A stretch of DNA of 64,000 nucleotides from Eledone cirrhosa (Eukaryota), in the NCBI GenBank assembly GCA_964016885.1, contig OZ024740.1:392460001-392524000 (forward strand), read 5' to 3'. The notes beneath the pieces are model-generated. The model was not told the origin of the DNA. It saw only the letters and a program-made list of their open reading frames with translations, and made no database searches. Within the stretch, counting starts at the first letter, position 1; every line of letters starts with the position of its first letter. The position numbers were made by a program, and so were the translations under genes. Below are positions 13,163 to 25,300 of this stretch, one piece after another.

Positions 13163-14436
13163 AACAATGATGATGATGATGACTGATCATTTAAAGAGAA
13201 TTTTAGATATGGAGCCAAATTCATGAAAGATTGGGAGAATATTGTAAATTAAATAAAATAAATTATCTGGTGGTTATTATTGTTTAACCTTATAATCAAA
13301 GGTGTTCTAACAGGGATCATCCTGTCTTCCCAGACATTTATCTCAGACCACATTATCAAGTATCATCGGAGAGGGGAGATAACTCTGATCCACTTTCTGA
13401 CGAAATATGAAAACATGCCGCATTCCTAAAAATTGGAAATGAACAGAAATATGATAGCTCTCTATGAAAACCATATACAAGGAAAAAATATCAGAAATAT
13501 TGAATCAATACAACGGAAAGCTTTCAACTGGGAAAACTAATTATTTAGATACGAGTACATTAGTTATGTCCTTAGAAATGAGAACAAACCAAAGACGTTA
13601 TCACTAAATACAAAATCTTGGAAGGTGCACTGGTAAGTAGATCATGAAAACTAATGGGAACATAACGTGGCCTATAATACCATAACTGGTAACTTAAGGG
13701 TCACAATAAACACTGATGCCAAAAAGCAATTATTTTTTAACCGGATCCTTAACAAGAGTGCCTAAAAGTAATACACAATTGTGACAAACTCTAATGCTAG
13801 CATTTAACCGAAACATTTTTCTTTCCATATACAGTGCACACCCTTGGCATATGACTAAGTATGATCCCTCTTACAGAGACCTGGCAACTTGAGAATTTAG
13901 ACAGAAATTAAATTCAAGTATTTTCCAATAAAGTATGGAATTTTATAAGATATTTTACAACAAACAACAACAGAACGCCACACGCGTACATGTGTCTTTA
14001 CAAAGAGATAGATAATTGGATTAGATAGATTACACAAATGACATGTAGCCCAAAACAAAAAAAAAACGCAAATCCTTCTCCACCCCACCTTTTTAAAGAT
14101 ACGTTATTTAAGAACATAAATTTATAAACAATTCTGAACAAAAAGTAAATAGCTATACACGACATAAACAGAACGTATCTCTTCATATTAGGTATATCGA
14201 GACAATGACACAGTTTCAATACCCTATAAAAAGAATTTTATTTAATTTATATGAATAATGCCCTTGGGGAAAAAGGTGAAAGTCACATTTCGTTTTATTA
14301 TCACATTCTGAAATATAGAACTATTGTATTTACTGAAGAACATTTTTCACTTTAGAATAGTTACACATATATATATATAGTTCAAGGAAACGACAAACAG
14401 AGGTATATATATATATATATATATATATAAACTTAC

Positions 14437-14552
14437 CGATGCGGCATCATGTACACTAAGAAGGCTAATCGTTGAATTGACCACCGAGCTTGTCGTAGTC
14501 GAGGTAAACTCAAAAAACTCCGAGAAACAAATATCTTAAACATGGAAGACAT
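14437..14552 (-). CDS. candidate first coding exon of a host gene; mitochondrial-presequence-like peptide
   Basis: ATG at 14552 gives MSSMFKIFVSRSFLSLPRLRQARWSIQRLAFLVYMMPH, ending at a consensus donor CG|GTAAGT; R/S/L-rich with no acidic residues; non-repetitive CpG-rich context. Downstream exons not identified. Confidence 0.45.
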
Positions 14553-14990
14553 GATTGTGTTGCTAAAGCGTGTTGTTGTAACAACCTCACTTTTATTTCC
14601 GGTGTACTCGATTAGTTTTGTCAGCTGATTGTCATGGTAATTATTATAAACACTAACAAAATAACCTGCTAGGAATAACAGCCAAATCCCAGTCTTAATT
14701 ATAATTGCAGCGGCGCTGCGTGTTAGAAATGTATGTGTGTAGTGTCTAACGGAAACAACTCGAACCAGTCGATGAAAGGTTGTCACGCCTCTCTCCCCTC
14801 CGTTCATCAGCTCTGTCTCTCCGATGTGCAGAACTTCAGGCATATTCCACCTCGTGGTTCCAGCGGACAGAAAAGCGAAAGCGTTACCTTGGGGGATAAG
14901 GAGGGAGATGCGCTGAGAGGGCGATTCAAAATTGCGGCGCTCATTCCTGTGGGTGGCAAACTCCGTCCCGACAGCAGTAAGGAGGTGAGT
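14553..14990. promoter_or_regulatory. CpG-rich candidate bidirectional promoter and plus-strand first exon (donor GAG|GTGAGT at 14984/14985)
   Basis: Local GC/CpG enrichment with no recognisable TE similarity, a TTTCCGG ETS-like motif, and outward-facing consensus donors on both strands. Confidence 0.4.
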
Positions 14991-15209
14991 CGAGGACCCA
15001 GGACACTATAGAAGTTTCTCGCGCTATAGGTTATAGCAATACAATTATTTCAGCATTGTATCATTAATTGTCATTATCAAAATTTTGATTCATTAATACT
15101 TCCTTATATACAATGTTTCTGTATTGTTTTTCCTATTTGTTTTCTTTGCTTAATAGTATGAACTATTCTAACAAAAATATATGTTAATTTCCTAACACTG
15201 AGAATGAAA

Positions 15210-15291
15210 TATCATCATCATCATCATTTAACGTCCATCTTCCACGCTTGCATGGGTTTGGACGGGAATTTTCCCACTTGAGGCAAGATTG
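15210..15291 (-). mobile_element. displaced 3' terminus and (GAT)n tail of the RTE LINE at 38883-40791
   Basis: Matches the reverse complement of 13098-13162 up to GGCAAGATTG, where the Merlin TIR begins; the sequence resumes after 38882. Confidence 0.85.
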
Positions 15292-15523
15292 GGCACTACA
15301 ACGCTATTAGCTGTCAGTCCAAACAGGCGAGGGTGACGTCACTCGTCAAACATCGTTTATTTCCGTATTACTACCACGCGTAAGTGGAGTTTTCACGCGT
15401 TTTTTGGAGAGAGAGGGGGGGGGGGGGGCGAGACTTAAAAGGGCCAAATTAGAAAACAAACAGAAAACAAGTCATGGTTATAAAGCATATCGATGTAAGT
15501 GGAGTTACTTAAATGAAAATATA

Positions 15524-15542
15524 GGTGGCCCTTAAAAGGGCC
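15524..15542 (-). promoter_or_regulatory. histone-mRNA-type 3' stem-loop downstream of the Merlin transposase
   Basis: Minus strand GGCCCT-TTTA-AGGGCC-ACC, ~134 nt after the transposase stop, in sense orientation; a truncated duplicate lies at ~15434-15450. Confidence 0.6.
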
Positions 15543-15676
15543 AAATTAGAAAAATTTAAGTTAATTAGAAAACAAGTCATGGTTATCAAATAAATTTGAT
15601 TTATTCATTTATATTTTCATTATTCACCAACCTTATTCAAAAGCATGTTTAGAAACATTTTTTTCACCAACTTTAT

Positions 15677-16554
15677 TCAAATGCATGGAATCAGATGACG
15701 GATATGTTCTAATAACTTTTGGAAAATTTCTCCTTTAAATTCATACGGCCACATGAATTCAATGAGATGGGTTTGAAGCAAATTTCTGGCTGTCCCGTTT
15801 TCCCTTTTATTCCTATTTTTTACGTGTTTCCACAAGCATTCTATGTGATTCGTTGTGGCAAATGTTACTGGATCAACAAAATTGATCGAATGGTTCACCG
15901 TCAAATGTTGATAGCCTAGCTGATCGATCGTATTATAGGAACGCCATAGATCAGATATTATGGTTGTCCCTGGCAATATACGATCCTGTATAATGGTTAA
16001 AAGTGTCTCCGCTGTCCTGTCTTCTACTGCTACTAAAATACATCTTCTGGTACTTCTTTCTAAAGCACCAAAAACCCACTGTGTTTTCACAGAATAGCCA
16101 CGATGGTATTTCCTTCTCACGAATGCGTTTTCATCAATCTCGACAATTCGGTTTGGCCCGCCAAGCTTAATGTTTTGTGCCACATAGTACTCTGCACATA
16201 CATCACCGCAAAAATTTCGCCAATCTGCTACGACCACATTCGCGATACGAGATTTTCTGAAATCTTCTTTTGCCCAAAAATATAATATATCAACTATTTG
16301 TTCACACTTCAAATTGCTATTTTCTAAAAATGTGCCTTTTCTAATAAAAACCTGTTTTCTACATGGTCTTTTACATGACCAGATAATCCCATCTGACATT
16401 TTGTTTCGCTACTTCCAACATACGTTGACTACATGAAGGGCAGACCTTTTGTGTATTCAGAAGTCCTTGAATGTTCAACCAATTGACGGTATCTGCTGTA
16501 GTAGCGGTAGCGATGGTTAATTCCCTTAACACTTGGATATATTATAGAACTCAT
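15677..16554 (-). pseudogene. Merlin / IS1595 (ISXO2-like) DDE transposase, frameshifted near the N-terminus
   Basis: GGPNRIVEIDE, RKYHRG, QWVFG, ILPGTTIISDLWRSY, HLTVNHSINFVDP, TNHIECLW; N-terminal CPSC...WSC..PC zinc ribbon reached via frameshifts from the ATG at 16554. Confidence 0.92.
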
Positions 16555-16829
16555 TTTTCAACTTGCAGATGCGTGTATTATCACAAAGTGAAGATAAAAG
16601 TTTATTTATTTACACGTGGTGTTGGCGATGATTGTTGCTGATTGGTGGGGATTGTCTCCATGGGGACTGTATCCATGCTTTTGAATAAGGTTAGTGAAAA
16701 TAATTTGTTTTCTAAACATTTCATAAATATATAGGGTTGGTGATAAAAATTTGATAACCATAATTTCATTTAAGTTAACTCCACTGTTGGTGAAAATGAC
16801 TTGTTTTTTATATTGATAACCATAACTAT

Positions 16830-16971
16830 GAAAATATGTGACGTCATTCGTCAACCTTCCCTTACTTTCACTTCTGACAGCTAATACCATGAACTGTAAA
16901 AATACAGTTCATGGTATTAGCTGTCAGAAGTGAAAGTAAGGGAAGGTTGACGAATGTCGTCACATATTTTC
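16830..16971. repeat. ~140-bp near-perfect palindrome built from Merlin TIR-like sequence
   Basis: Arms GAAAATATGTGACGTCATTCGTCAACC...CTGACAGCTAATACCATGAACTGTA and its reverse complement, with a 4-nt A loop and one mismatch. Confidence 0.9.
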
Positions 16972-16991
16972 TCGTGTGTGTGTGTGTGTGT

Positions 16992-17808
16992 GCAAATTTC
17001 AATAATATTAAGACACCCTAATGGGGGTTAAACCCCCTATAGTGAAAAGTTTGACCAATAAATGGAACAAGATTTTACGAACTCCTCCTATGGTTTTGGA
17101 GATAGACCCCCATAACCATATATATTCTGAAACTACATTGCCCAGGGTACTTGTATAAGTATATTTCATTTTAATCAAAGGGTTCATCGGGGGCACAAAA
17201 CGGCCGCTGAAACTTTACCTTCGATTTATATGAAATTTAAACCATAGGTAAACGACAAGATATGATGCCTATTCACATCATTTCAGCAAATTTCAATAAA
17301 ATTACAATACCCTATTGGGGGTTAAACCCCTATTAGGGTTGGTTCACCAGGGGGCACAAAATCCCCGCTGAAAATGTTTTCGGTTCGATTTATATGCAAT
17401 TTAAACCATAGATAAATGAAGAGATATGATGCCTATTCACAAAATTTCAATACTATAAGATACCTTAATGGTGGTTAAACCCCCAATTAGGGTTCCCCAG
17501 GGGGGTACAAACCCCCGCTGAAAACTTTTCCCTTTCGATTTATATGAAACTTAAACCATAGGTAAATGACAAGATATGATGCCTATTCACAAAAAAATTA
17601 TTTACAAGAAACAAAATAATAAGATTTAATAATGCAATTTTGATTTGATATATTACAAAAAATGATGTTTTCCAATTTTTCATGCATTATATTTTACATT
17701 AAGTAATATTGAGTTTTTCTCCATAAATTATATCAGATTTAAAATCAATCATCATTTTCTTACAAAAAAAATGTGTGAAACGCAGCAAGGCGCTGGTAAT
17801 TCGGCTAG
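16992..17808 (+). mobile_element. non-autonomous Helitron-like 3' part with ~155-bp tandem repeats
   Basis: Three to four copies of GGTTAAACCCC...CCGCTGAAA...TTCGATTTATATG...GATATGATGCCTATTCAC; ends with hairpin CAGC-AAGGC-GCTG then CTAG|T. Confidence 0.65.
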
Positions 17809-17857
17809 TATATATATATATGTGAGTGTGTGTATATATATATGTGTGTGTGTGTGT

Positions 17858-18830
17858 GTTCATTATGTAGGAGAGGTGTAGGTAGAAACTCCATCCTCTG
17901 CCCCATATGCAAACTATGGGTACACAAGAGATGTAGTGGGATCTCAGGAAGTTTAATTAAGAATGTAGGCTTTACATGTAGCAGTTACACCAGGACAGTA
18001 AGCAGCAAACAATCACTGAAAACAAGTGACATCAAAGTCTGGGAGGACTTGGTAAAAATACCGAATTAGCAGCGGAGGGGGGGGGGGTCTGAAAGAACGG
18101 GATGGAAGAAGTTGAGGGAGCTACTGCCACAGCTGGATACAAAAGGCTTTTCCCTCGGAATAAAAGGTAGACTGTATCATGTGTGCATATGAACGGCAAT
18201 GTTACATGGTAGTGAGAGCTTGGCGCTGTGTGTAGAAGACTTGTGTAGATTAGAAAGGAATGAAGCTTGTATGCTCCGATGGATGTGTAATAGTAATATA
18301 CGCGAACAGCAAAGCATAAACAAACTGAAAGAGAAACTAGGCATAAGAGGAATCAAATGTTGTGTGCAGGAGAGGAGATTATGTTGGTATGGACATGTGA
18401 TTCGTATGAAGGATGACAGCTACATAAAGTCCCAGAAAGACTTGAGATGAAGTGATAAAAGCCGACCTTGCCCAATTGCACCTCTGAAAGGCAATGACAC
18501 AGGACCAAGATCTCTGGCGTCATGAGGTAATACAGAAACCCCAATTTCCCACGGGCCCAGGCCAAGGCTGAAACATACATACAGTATGCACCACTCCATC
18601 CCACCCGCCAATATATCTTTCATGAGAACAGGCTGAAACACTGTAAAGTGGTCGTGATGGTGACACGGTAAAAAACACCCAGTCCACACTGTAAAGTAGT
18701 CGTGGAGGAATCACAACAAAAAACACCCAGTACTCATTGTAAATGAGCTTGGCATTAGGAAGGGCATCCAGCTGTAGAAACCAAGCCAAAATCAGTTCTT
18801 TTTGAGCAAAACATGGTCACCTGACCTAAC
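17858..18830 (+). mobile_element. RTE-clade LINE 3' fragment with 3' UTR
   Basis: CRRGVGRNSILCPICKLWVHKRCSG and MLHGSE...LERNEACMLRWMC...ERRLCWYGHV. Confidence 0.85.
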
Positions 18831-18845
18831 ATTGCCAACAATAGA

Positions 18846-19217
18846 AGGCACATGGCTCAGTGGTTGCAATTGAAAGGTTGTGAGTTTAATTCTCGGACCA
18901 GGTGATGTGTTGTTTCCTTGAGCAAGACACTTTATTTCACATTGCTCCAGTTTACTCAGCTGTAGAAATGAGATGATAGGACTGGGGTCCCTATCATTCC
19001 ACTATAAAGTGGTCGTGGAGGTGCCACAGCAAAAAAAAAAAAAAGAACACCCAGCATTTACTGTAAATGAGGTTGGTGTTAGGATGGGCATCCAGCTGTA
19101 GAAATCAAGACAGAATCAGTTCCCGTATGAGCAAGACAGGGTCAGCCGACTGGACACTGCCCTCAACAGGATAACCCATGCTAGCGTAGAAGAACTGACA
19201 TAAAATGATGATGATGA
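18846..19217 (+). mobile_element. tRNA-derived SINE with conserved core and RTE-type tail
   Basis: A-box TGGCTCAGTGG, core CCTTGAGCAAGACACT, RTE 3' tail ending ATGATGATG; inverted partner at 19625-19925. Confidence 0.75.
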
Positions 19218-19289
19218 AATATAACAGAGTTTTATAGCTTGCTTGAAGCATTGATGAATAGGAAACACAAATTTAAATTTTGAAAACCA

Positions 19290-19620
19290 AGTTGAGGGCC
19301 TTTGAACCCCAGGCTATTGCAATAGCTGCTCCTGATTTTAGATGTGGAAGACGGGACCTTTGGTACGACACAGTGACGTCCTGTTCGAGAATTGGTCCAG
19401 CTCTCGATCCTAAAGTTTGGTTTTAGTTCCCCCCCAGGATTTTCCATATGTATATCATTGCATATCTCTCCCATCTTCATTCCGAGGAGTAGAGTTTCAG
19501 TTCTTTTAGACTCTCCCAGTAGTTTATCTCCATCGTGGCAACCTTCTTGGTGTAGCTTCATTGGATTGCTTCAAGCTCCATGGTTAGTTTGATACTATGG
19601 GGGTGACCACAGCTGGGACA
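19290..19620 (-). mobile_element. CR1/L2-like LINE RT C-terminal fragment
   Basis: Decayed WSP motif and NSRTGRHCVVPKV...YCNSLGFKGPQL resemble CR1-type C-termini. Confidence 0.55.
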
Positions 19621-19624
19621 TTCA

Positions 19625-19925
19625 TTTCATTTTACGTCCACTTTTTCCCTGCTTGCAAGGGTGGGACGGGAACTGATTCTGGCTTGATTTCTACAGCTGG
19701 ATGCCCTTCCTAACACCAACCTCATTTACAGTGTGGGCTGGGTGCTTTTTCGCCATGGCACCTCCACGACCACTTTGCAGTGGAATGATAGGGACCCCAG
19801 TCCTATCATCTCATTTCTACAGCTGAGTAAACTGGAGCAATGTGAAATAAAGTGTCTTGCTCAAGGAAACAACACATCACCCGGTGTGAGAATTGAACTC
19901 ACAACCTTTCGATTGCAAGGCCAAT
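19625..19925 (-). mobile_element. tRNA-derived SINE (same family as 18846-19217, opposite strand)
   Basis: Reverse complement of the 18860-19110 body. Confidence 0.8.
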
Positions 19926-19940
19926 GCTCTCTCTCTCTCG

Positions 19941-19969
<29 letters not shown>

Positions 19970-19976
<7 letters not shown>

Positions 19977-20920
19977 ATAATAATACATATGAAGACTAAA
20001 ATCTAAAGAGGCCTCAATAGGGATAAATATATATCAATTATATAAGAACCGTAGAGCAAATATTCATTAAAATAACAGATTAAAGTTTAAGCAAAGAATT
20101 GGCTGCTTTCACCCTTAATGGGATCTTCTGAAACTAAAAAAAAATAAATAAATCTGTGAACGCAGAAGTAAATATTTCGAAAAACATTGCAACCGAAGGA
20201 AGACAGGAAGACGATACTTTGGTTCGTGGAGACGTAGTTTTAGGTATTTCTTCCTGCTTGGTACGGGTATGTTCTTTGTAGAAATATTCAGATGTTTCTG
20301 CATGATGAATATAAGTCAATAGAGCCAAATAGTAATAATAAATTTGAAGACTAACATCCAAAGAGGGCTCGATAAGGATAAATATATATCAAATATATAA
20401 GAACCGTCGAGCAAATATTTATTAAAATAACAGATTAAAGTTTAAGCAAAGAATCAGCTGCTTTCACTCTTAATGGGATCTTCTGAAATTTAAAAAAAAA
20501 AAAATCAAAAAAAAAAAAAAAAATCAATCTGAATGCAGAAGTAAATATTTCGAAAAACGTTGCAACCGAAGGAAGACAGGAAGACGATGCCTTGGTTCAT
20601 GGAGACGTAGTTTTAGGTATTTCTTCCTGCTTGGTACGGGTATGTTCTTTGTAGAAATATTCAGATGTTTCTGCATGATGAATGTAAGTCAATAGAGTAC
20701 TCAATCAAGGGAGCCAAATAGTAATAATAATAAATTTGAAGACTAACATCCAAAGAGGGCTCGATAAGGATAAATATATATCAAATATATAAGAACCGTA
20801 GAGCAAATATTTATTAAAATAACAGATTAAAGTTTAAGCAAAGAATCGGCTGCTTTCACCCTTAATGGGATCTTCTGAAACTAACAAAATCAATCTGTGA
20901 ACGGAGAAGTAAATATTTCT
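19970..20920. repeat. tandem array of a ~360-390-bp unit (about 2.6 copies), Helitron-related
   Basis: Units start near 19972, 20331 and 20720; the block AAAATAACAGATTAAAGTTT...GGAAGACGAT also occurs at 45419-45580 inside a Helitron. Confidence 0.85.
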
Positions 20921-21049
20921 AAGCCGACCTTTCTCAATTGCACCTCACAAGGGACTAACACACGACCATGACCTCTGGGTCACACAGTAATACAGAAAAC
21001 TCGACTGTCCACAGGAACATATAGACAATATTTGTTTTCCTTTGTTTTT

Positions 21050-22368
21050 TTATGTCCTATCAACTAATCCAACCTCCAAAATGCTTGACTATTTTTTTAG
21101 CATATTAACAACAAATATGATTTCCACTGCAATTAAAAATGACTAGCTTTGTGAATGGTTTTTCCACCCACTTTCTTGCCTTCATTTTTCTACAAAGTTA
21201 ATCATTGATAGGTTTCAAAGTTATATTCATTCATAATATGTGAAAAAAGTAGTCAACTGCGAGCATTTGTGTGATGTAAATGGTAGGAGTAGGTGTTCTT
21301 TAATAAATTTACCATATGGTGAAGTATGGTTATATGTCCTATCAACTAATCCGACCTACAAGATGCTCGCAGTGTATTATGCTTTTAGCATATTAACAAA
21401 AAATATGACTTCCGCTGCCATAAAAAATGACTAGCTTTGTAAATGGTATTTCCACCCACATCCTCCCTTTTTTCTACAAAGCTAGTCATTTTCATCAGGT
21501 TTCCATGTCATAACCATTGATAATATGTGCATAAAATAGTAATTTGCGAGCACCTTTTATGTCAAATTGGTTGGTAAGCACAAAAAAAAAAAAACAATTG
21601 CCAGATGAAAATTTGTCACACCAAAATCAATAGCTTGGTGTGATGTAGTATGGTGTGGTTTGGTGAGGTTTCTACAAAGATAGTCATTTTCGACAGGTTT
21701 CCATGGCATAATTATTGATAAGTAGAAAAAAATAGTCAATTGGGAGCACCTTTAATGTCAGATTGGGTGGTAAGCACACACACACAAAAAAAAAAAAAAA
21801 AGGAAACGGGAAGAAAATGTTTCACACCAAGATCAATAGCTTGGTGTGATGTAGTATGGTGTAACTTGGTATGGTGTGGTTTGGTGAAGTTATGAAATGG
21901 AAACCAATTGTAAACGATAGATTCCCATGTCATATTCATTGATAATGTGGGAAAATAGTCATTTGCAAGCACCTTTGATGCTAGTTTGAGGTAGTAAACA
22001 CAAAAAAAAAAAAAAAAAAAAGCAGGTAGCAAATTTGTCACATTGATATCCATACCATGGTGTGATGTAAATGGTACGAGTAGGTCTTTTGTAATAAATT
22101 TACCATATAGTGAAGTATGGCTATGGTGTGGATTGGGGTAGGTTAATGTGCTGTGGTGTGCTTTGTTATAAGTGAGGATTTAAATTTCCACTTTGAGTTA
22201 TGTTAGAAAATGGCTAGCTTTGTAAATGGTATTTCCACCCACATCCTCCCTCTTTTTTCTACAAAGCTAGTCATTTTCATCAGGTTTCCATGTCATAACA
22301 ATTGATAATATGTGCATAAAATAGTAATTTGCGAGCACCTTTTATGTCAAATTGGGTCGTAAGCACAC

Positions 22369-22399
<31 letters not shown>

Positions 22400-25300
22400 C
22401 CAGATGATAATTTGTTGCACCAAAATCAATAGCTTGGTATGATGTAGTATGGTGTGGTTTGGTGAAGTTTCTACAAAGATAGTCATTTTCGACAGGTTTC
22501 CATGGCATAATTATTGATAAGTAGAAAAAAATAGTTAATTGGGAGCACCTTTAATGTCAGATTGGGTGGTAAGCACACAGACAAAAGAAAAAAAAGGAAA
22601 CGGGAAGAAAATGTTTCACACCAAGATCAATAGCTTGGTGCCATGTAACTTGGTATGGTGTGGTTTGGTTTGGTGAAGTTATGAAATGGAAACCAATTGT
22701 AAACGATAGATTCCCATGTCATATTCATTGATAATGTGTGGGAAAATAGTCATTTGCAAGCACCTTTGATGTTAGTTTGAGGTGGTAAACACAAAAAAAA
22801 AAAAAAAGAAAGCAGGTAGCAAATTTGTCACATTGATCTCCATACCATGGTGTGATGTAAATGGTAGGAGTGTGTGTTTTGTAATAAATTTACCATATAG
22901 TGAAGTATGGTTATGGTGTGGATTGGGGTAGGTTAATGTGCTGTGGTGTGCTTTGTTATAAGTGAGGATTTAAATTTCCACTTTGATTTATGTTAGAAAA
23001 AAATTTTCATTCATTTTTGCATGTGCTATCAACTTCCAAGATGCTCGCAGTGGACTATGCTTTTAGCATATTAACAAAAAATGACTAGCTTTGTAAATGG
23101 TATTTCCACCCACATCCTCCCTCTTTTTTCTACAAAGCTAGTCATTTTCATCAGGTTTCCATGTCATAACAATTGATAATATGTGCATAAAATAGTCATT
23201 TGCGAGCACCTTTTATGTCAAATTGGGTGCTAAGCACAAAAAAAAAAAGAAATTGCCAGATGAAAATTTGTCACACCAAAATCAATAGCTTGGTGTGATG
23301 TAGTATGGTGTGGTTTGGTGAAGTTTCTACAAAGATAGTCATTTTCGACAGGGTTCCATGGCATAATTATTGATAAGTAGAAAAAAAAAAGTCAATTGGG
23401 AGCACCTTTAATGTCAGATTGGGTGGTAAGCACACACACACAAAAAAAAAAAGGAAACGGGAAAAAAATGTTTCACACCAAGATCAATAGCTTGGTGCGA
23501 TATAGTATGGTGTAACTTGGTATGGTGTGGTTTGGTTTGGTGAAGTTATGAAATGGAAACCAATTGTAAACGATAGATTCCCATGTCATATTCATTGATA
23601 ATGTGTGGGAAAATAGTCATTTGCAAGCACCTTTGATGTTAGTTTGAGGTGGTAACCACGAAAAAAAAAAAAAAAGCAGGTAGCAAATTTGTCACATTGA
23701 TCTCCATACCATGGTGTGATGTAAATGGTACGAGTAGGTCTTTTGTAATAAATTTACCATATAGTGAAGTATGGCTATGGTGTGGATTGGGGTAGGTTAA
23801 TGTGCTGTGGTGTGCTTTGTTATAAGTGAGGATTTAAATTTCCACTTTGAGTTATGTTAGAAAAAAATTTTTTCCTTCATTTTTGCATGTGCTATCAACT
23901 TCCAAGATGCTTGCAATGGACTATGCTTTTAGCATATTAACAAAAAATATGACTTCCGCTGCAATAAAAAATGACTAGCTTTGTAAATGGTATTTCCACC
24001 CACATCCTCCCTCTTTTTTCTACAAAGCTAGTCATTTTCATCAGGTTTCCATGTCATAACAATTGATAATATGTGCATAAAATAGTCATTTGCGAGCACC
24101 TTTTATGTCAAATTGGTTGGTAAGCACAAAAAAAAAAAGATTGCCAGATGAAAATTTGTCACACCAAAATCAATAGCTTGGTGTGATGTAGTATGGTGTG
24201 GTTTGGTGAAGTTTCTACAAAGATAGTCATTTTCGACAGGTTTCCATGGCATAATTATTGATAAGTAGAAAAAAAAAAGTCAATTGGGAGCACCTTTAAT
24301 GTCAGATTGGGTGGTAAGCACACACACAAAAAAAAAAAAAAAGGAAACGGGAAGAAAATGTTTCACACCAAGATCAATAGCTTGGTGCGATGTAGTATGG
24401 TGTAACTTGGTATGGTGTGGTTTGGTTTGGTGAAGTTATGAAATGGAAACCAATTGTAAACGATAGATTCCCATGTCATATTCATTGATAATGTGGGAAA
24501 ATAGTCATTTGCAAGCACCTTTGATGTTAGTTTGAGGTGGTAACCATAAAAAAAAAAAAAAAGCAGGTAGCAAATTTGTCACATTGATCTCCATACCATG
24601 GTGTGATGTAAATGGTACGAGTAGGTGTTTTGTAATAAATTTACCATATAGTGAAGTATGGCTATGGTGTGGATTGGGGTAGGTTAATGTGCTGTGGTGT
24701 GCTTTGTTATAAGTGAGGATTTAAATTTCCACTTTGATTTATGTTAGAAAAAAAATTTTCATTCATTTTTGCATGTGCTATCAACTTCCAAGATGCTTGC
24801 AATGGACTATGCTTTTAGCATATTAACAAAAAATATGACTTCCGCTGCAATAAAAAAATGACTAGCTTTGTAAATGGTATTTCCACCCACATCCTCCCTC
24901 TTTTTTCTACAAAGCTAGTCATTTTCATCAGGTTTCCATGTCATAACAATTGATAATATGTGCATAAAATAGTCATTTGCGAGCACCTTTTATGTCAAAT
25001 TGGTTGGTAAGCACAAAAAAAAAAAGAGATTGCCAGATGAAAATTTGTCACACCAAAATCAATAGCTTGGTGTGATGTAGTATGGTGTGGTTTGGTGAAG
25101 TTTCTACAAAGATAGTCATTTTCGACAGGTTTCCATGGCATAATTATTGATAAGTAGAAAAAAAAAAGTCAATTGGGAGCACCTTTAATGTCAGATTGGG
25201 TGGTAAGCACACACACAAAAAAAAAAAAATGAAACGGGAAGAAAATGTTTCACACCAAGATCAATAGCTTGGTGCGATGTAGTATGGTGTAACTTGGTTT

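Noticed and set aside
15524-15542. Remnant of a histone gene
   Set aside because: No histone coding sequence nearby; the upstream ORF is a transposase, so the hairpin is reported as a possible mimic instead.
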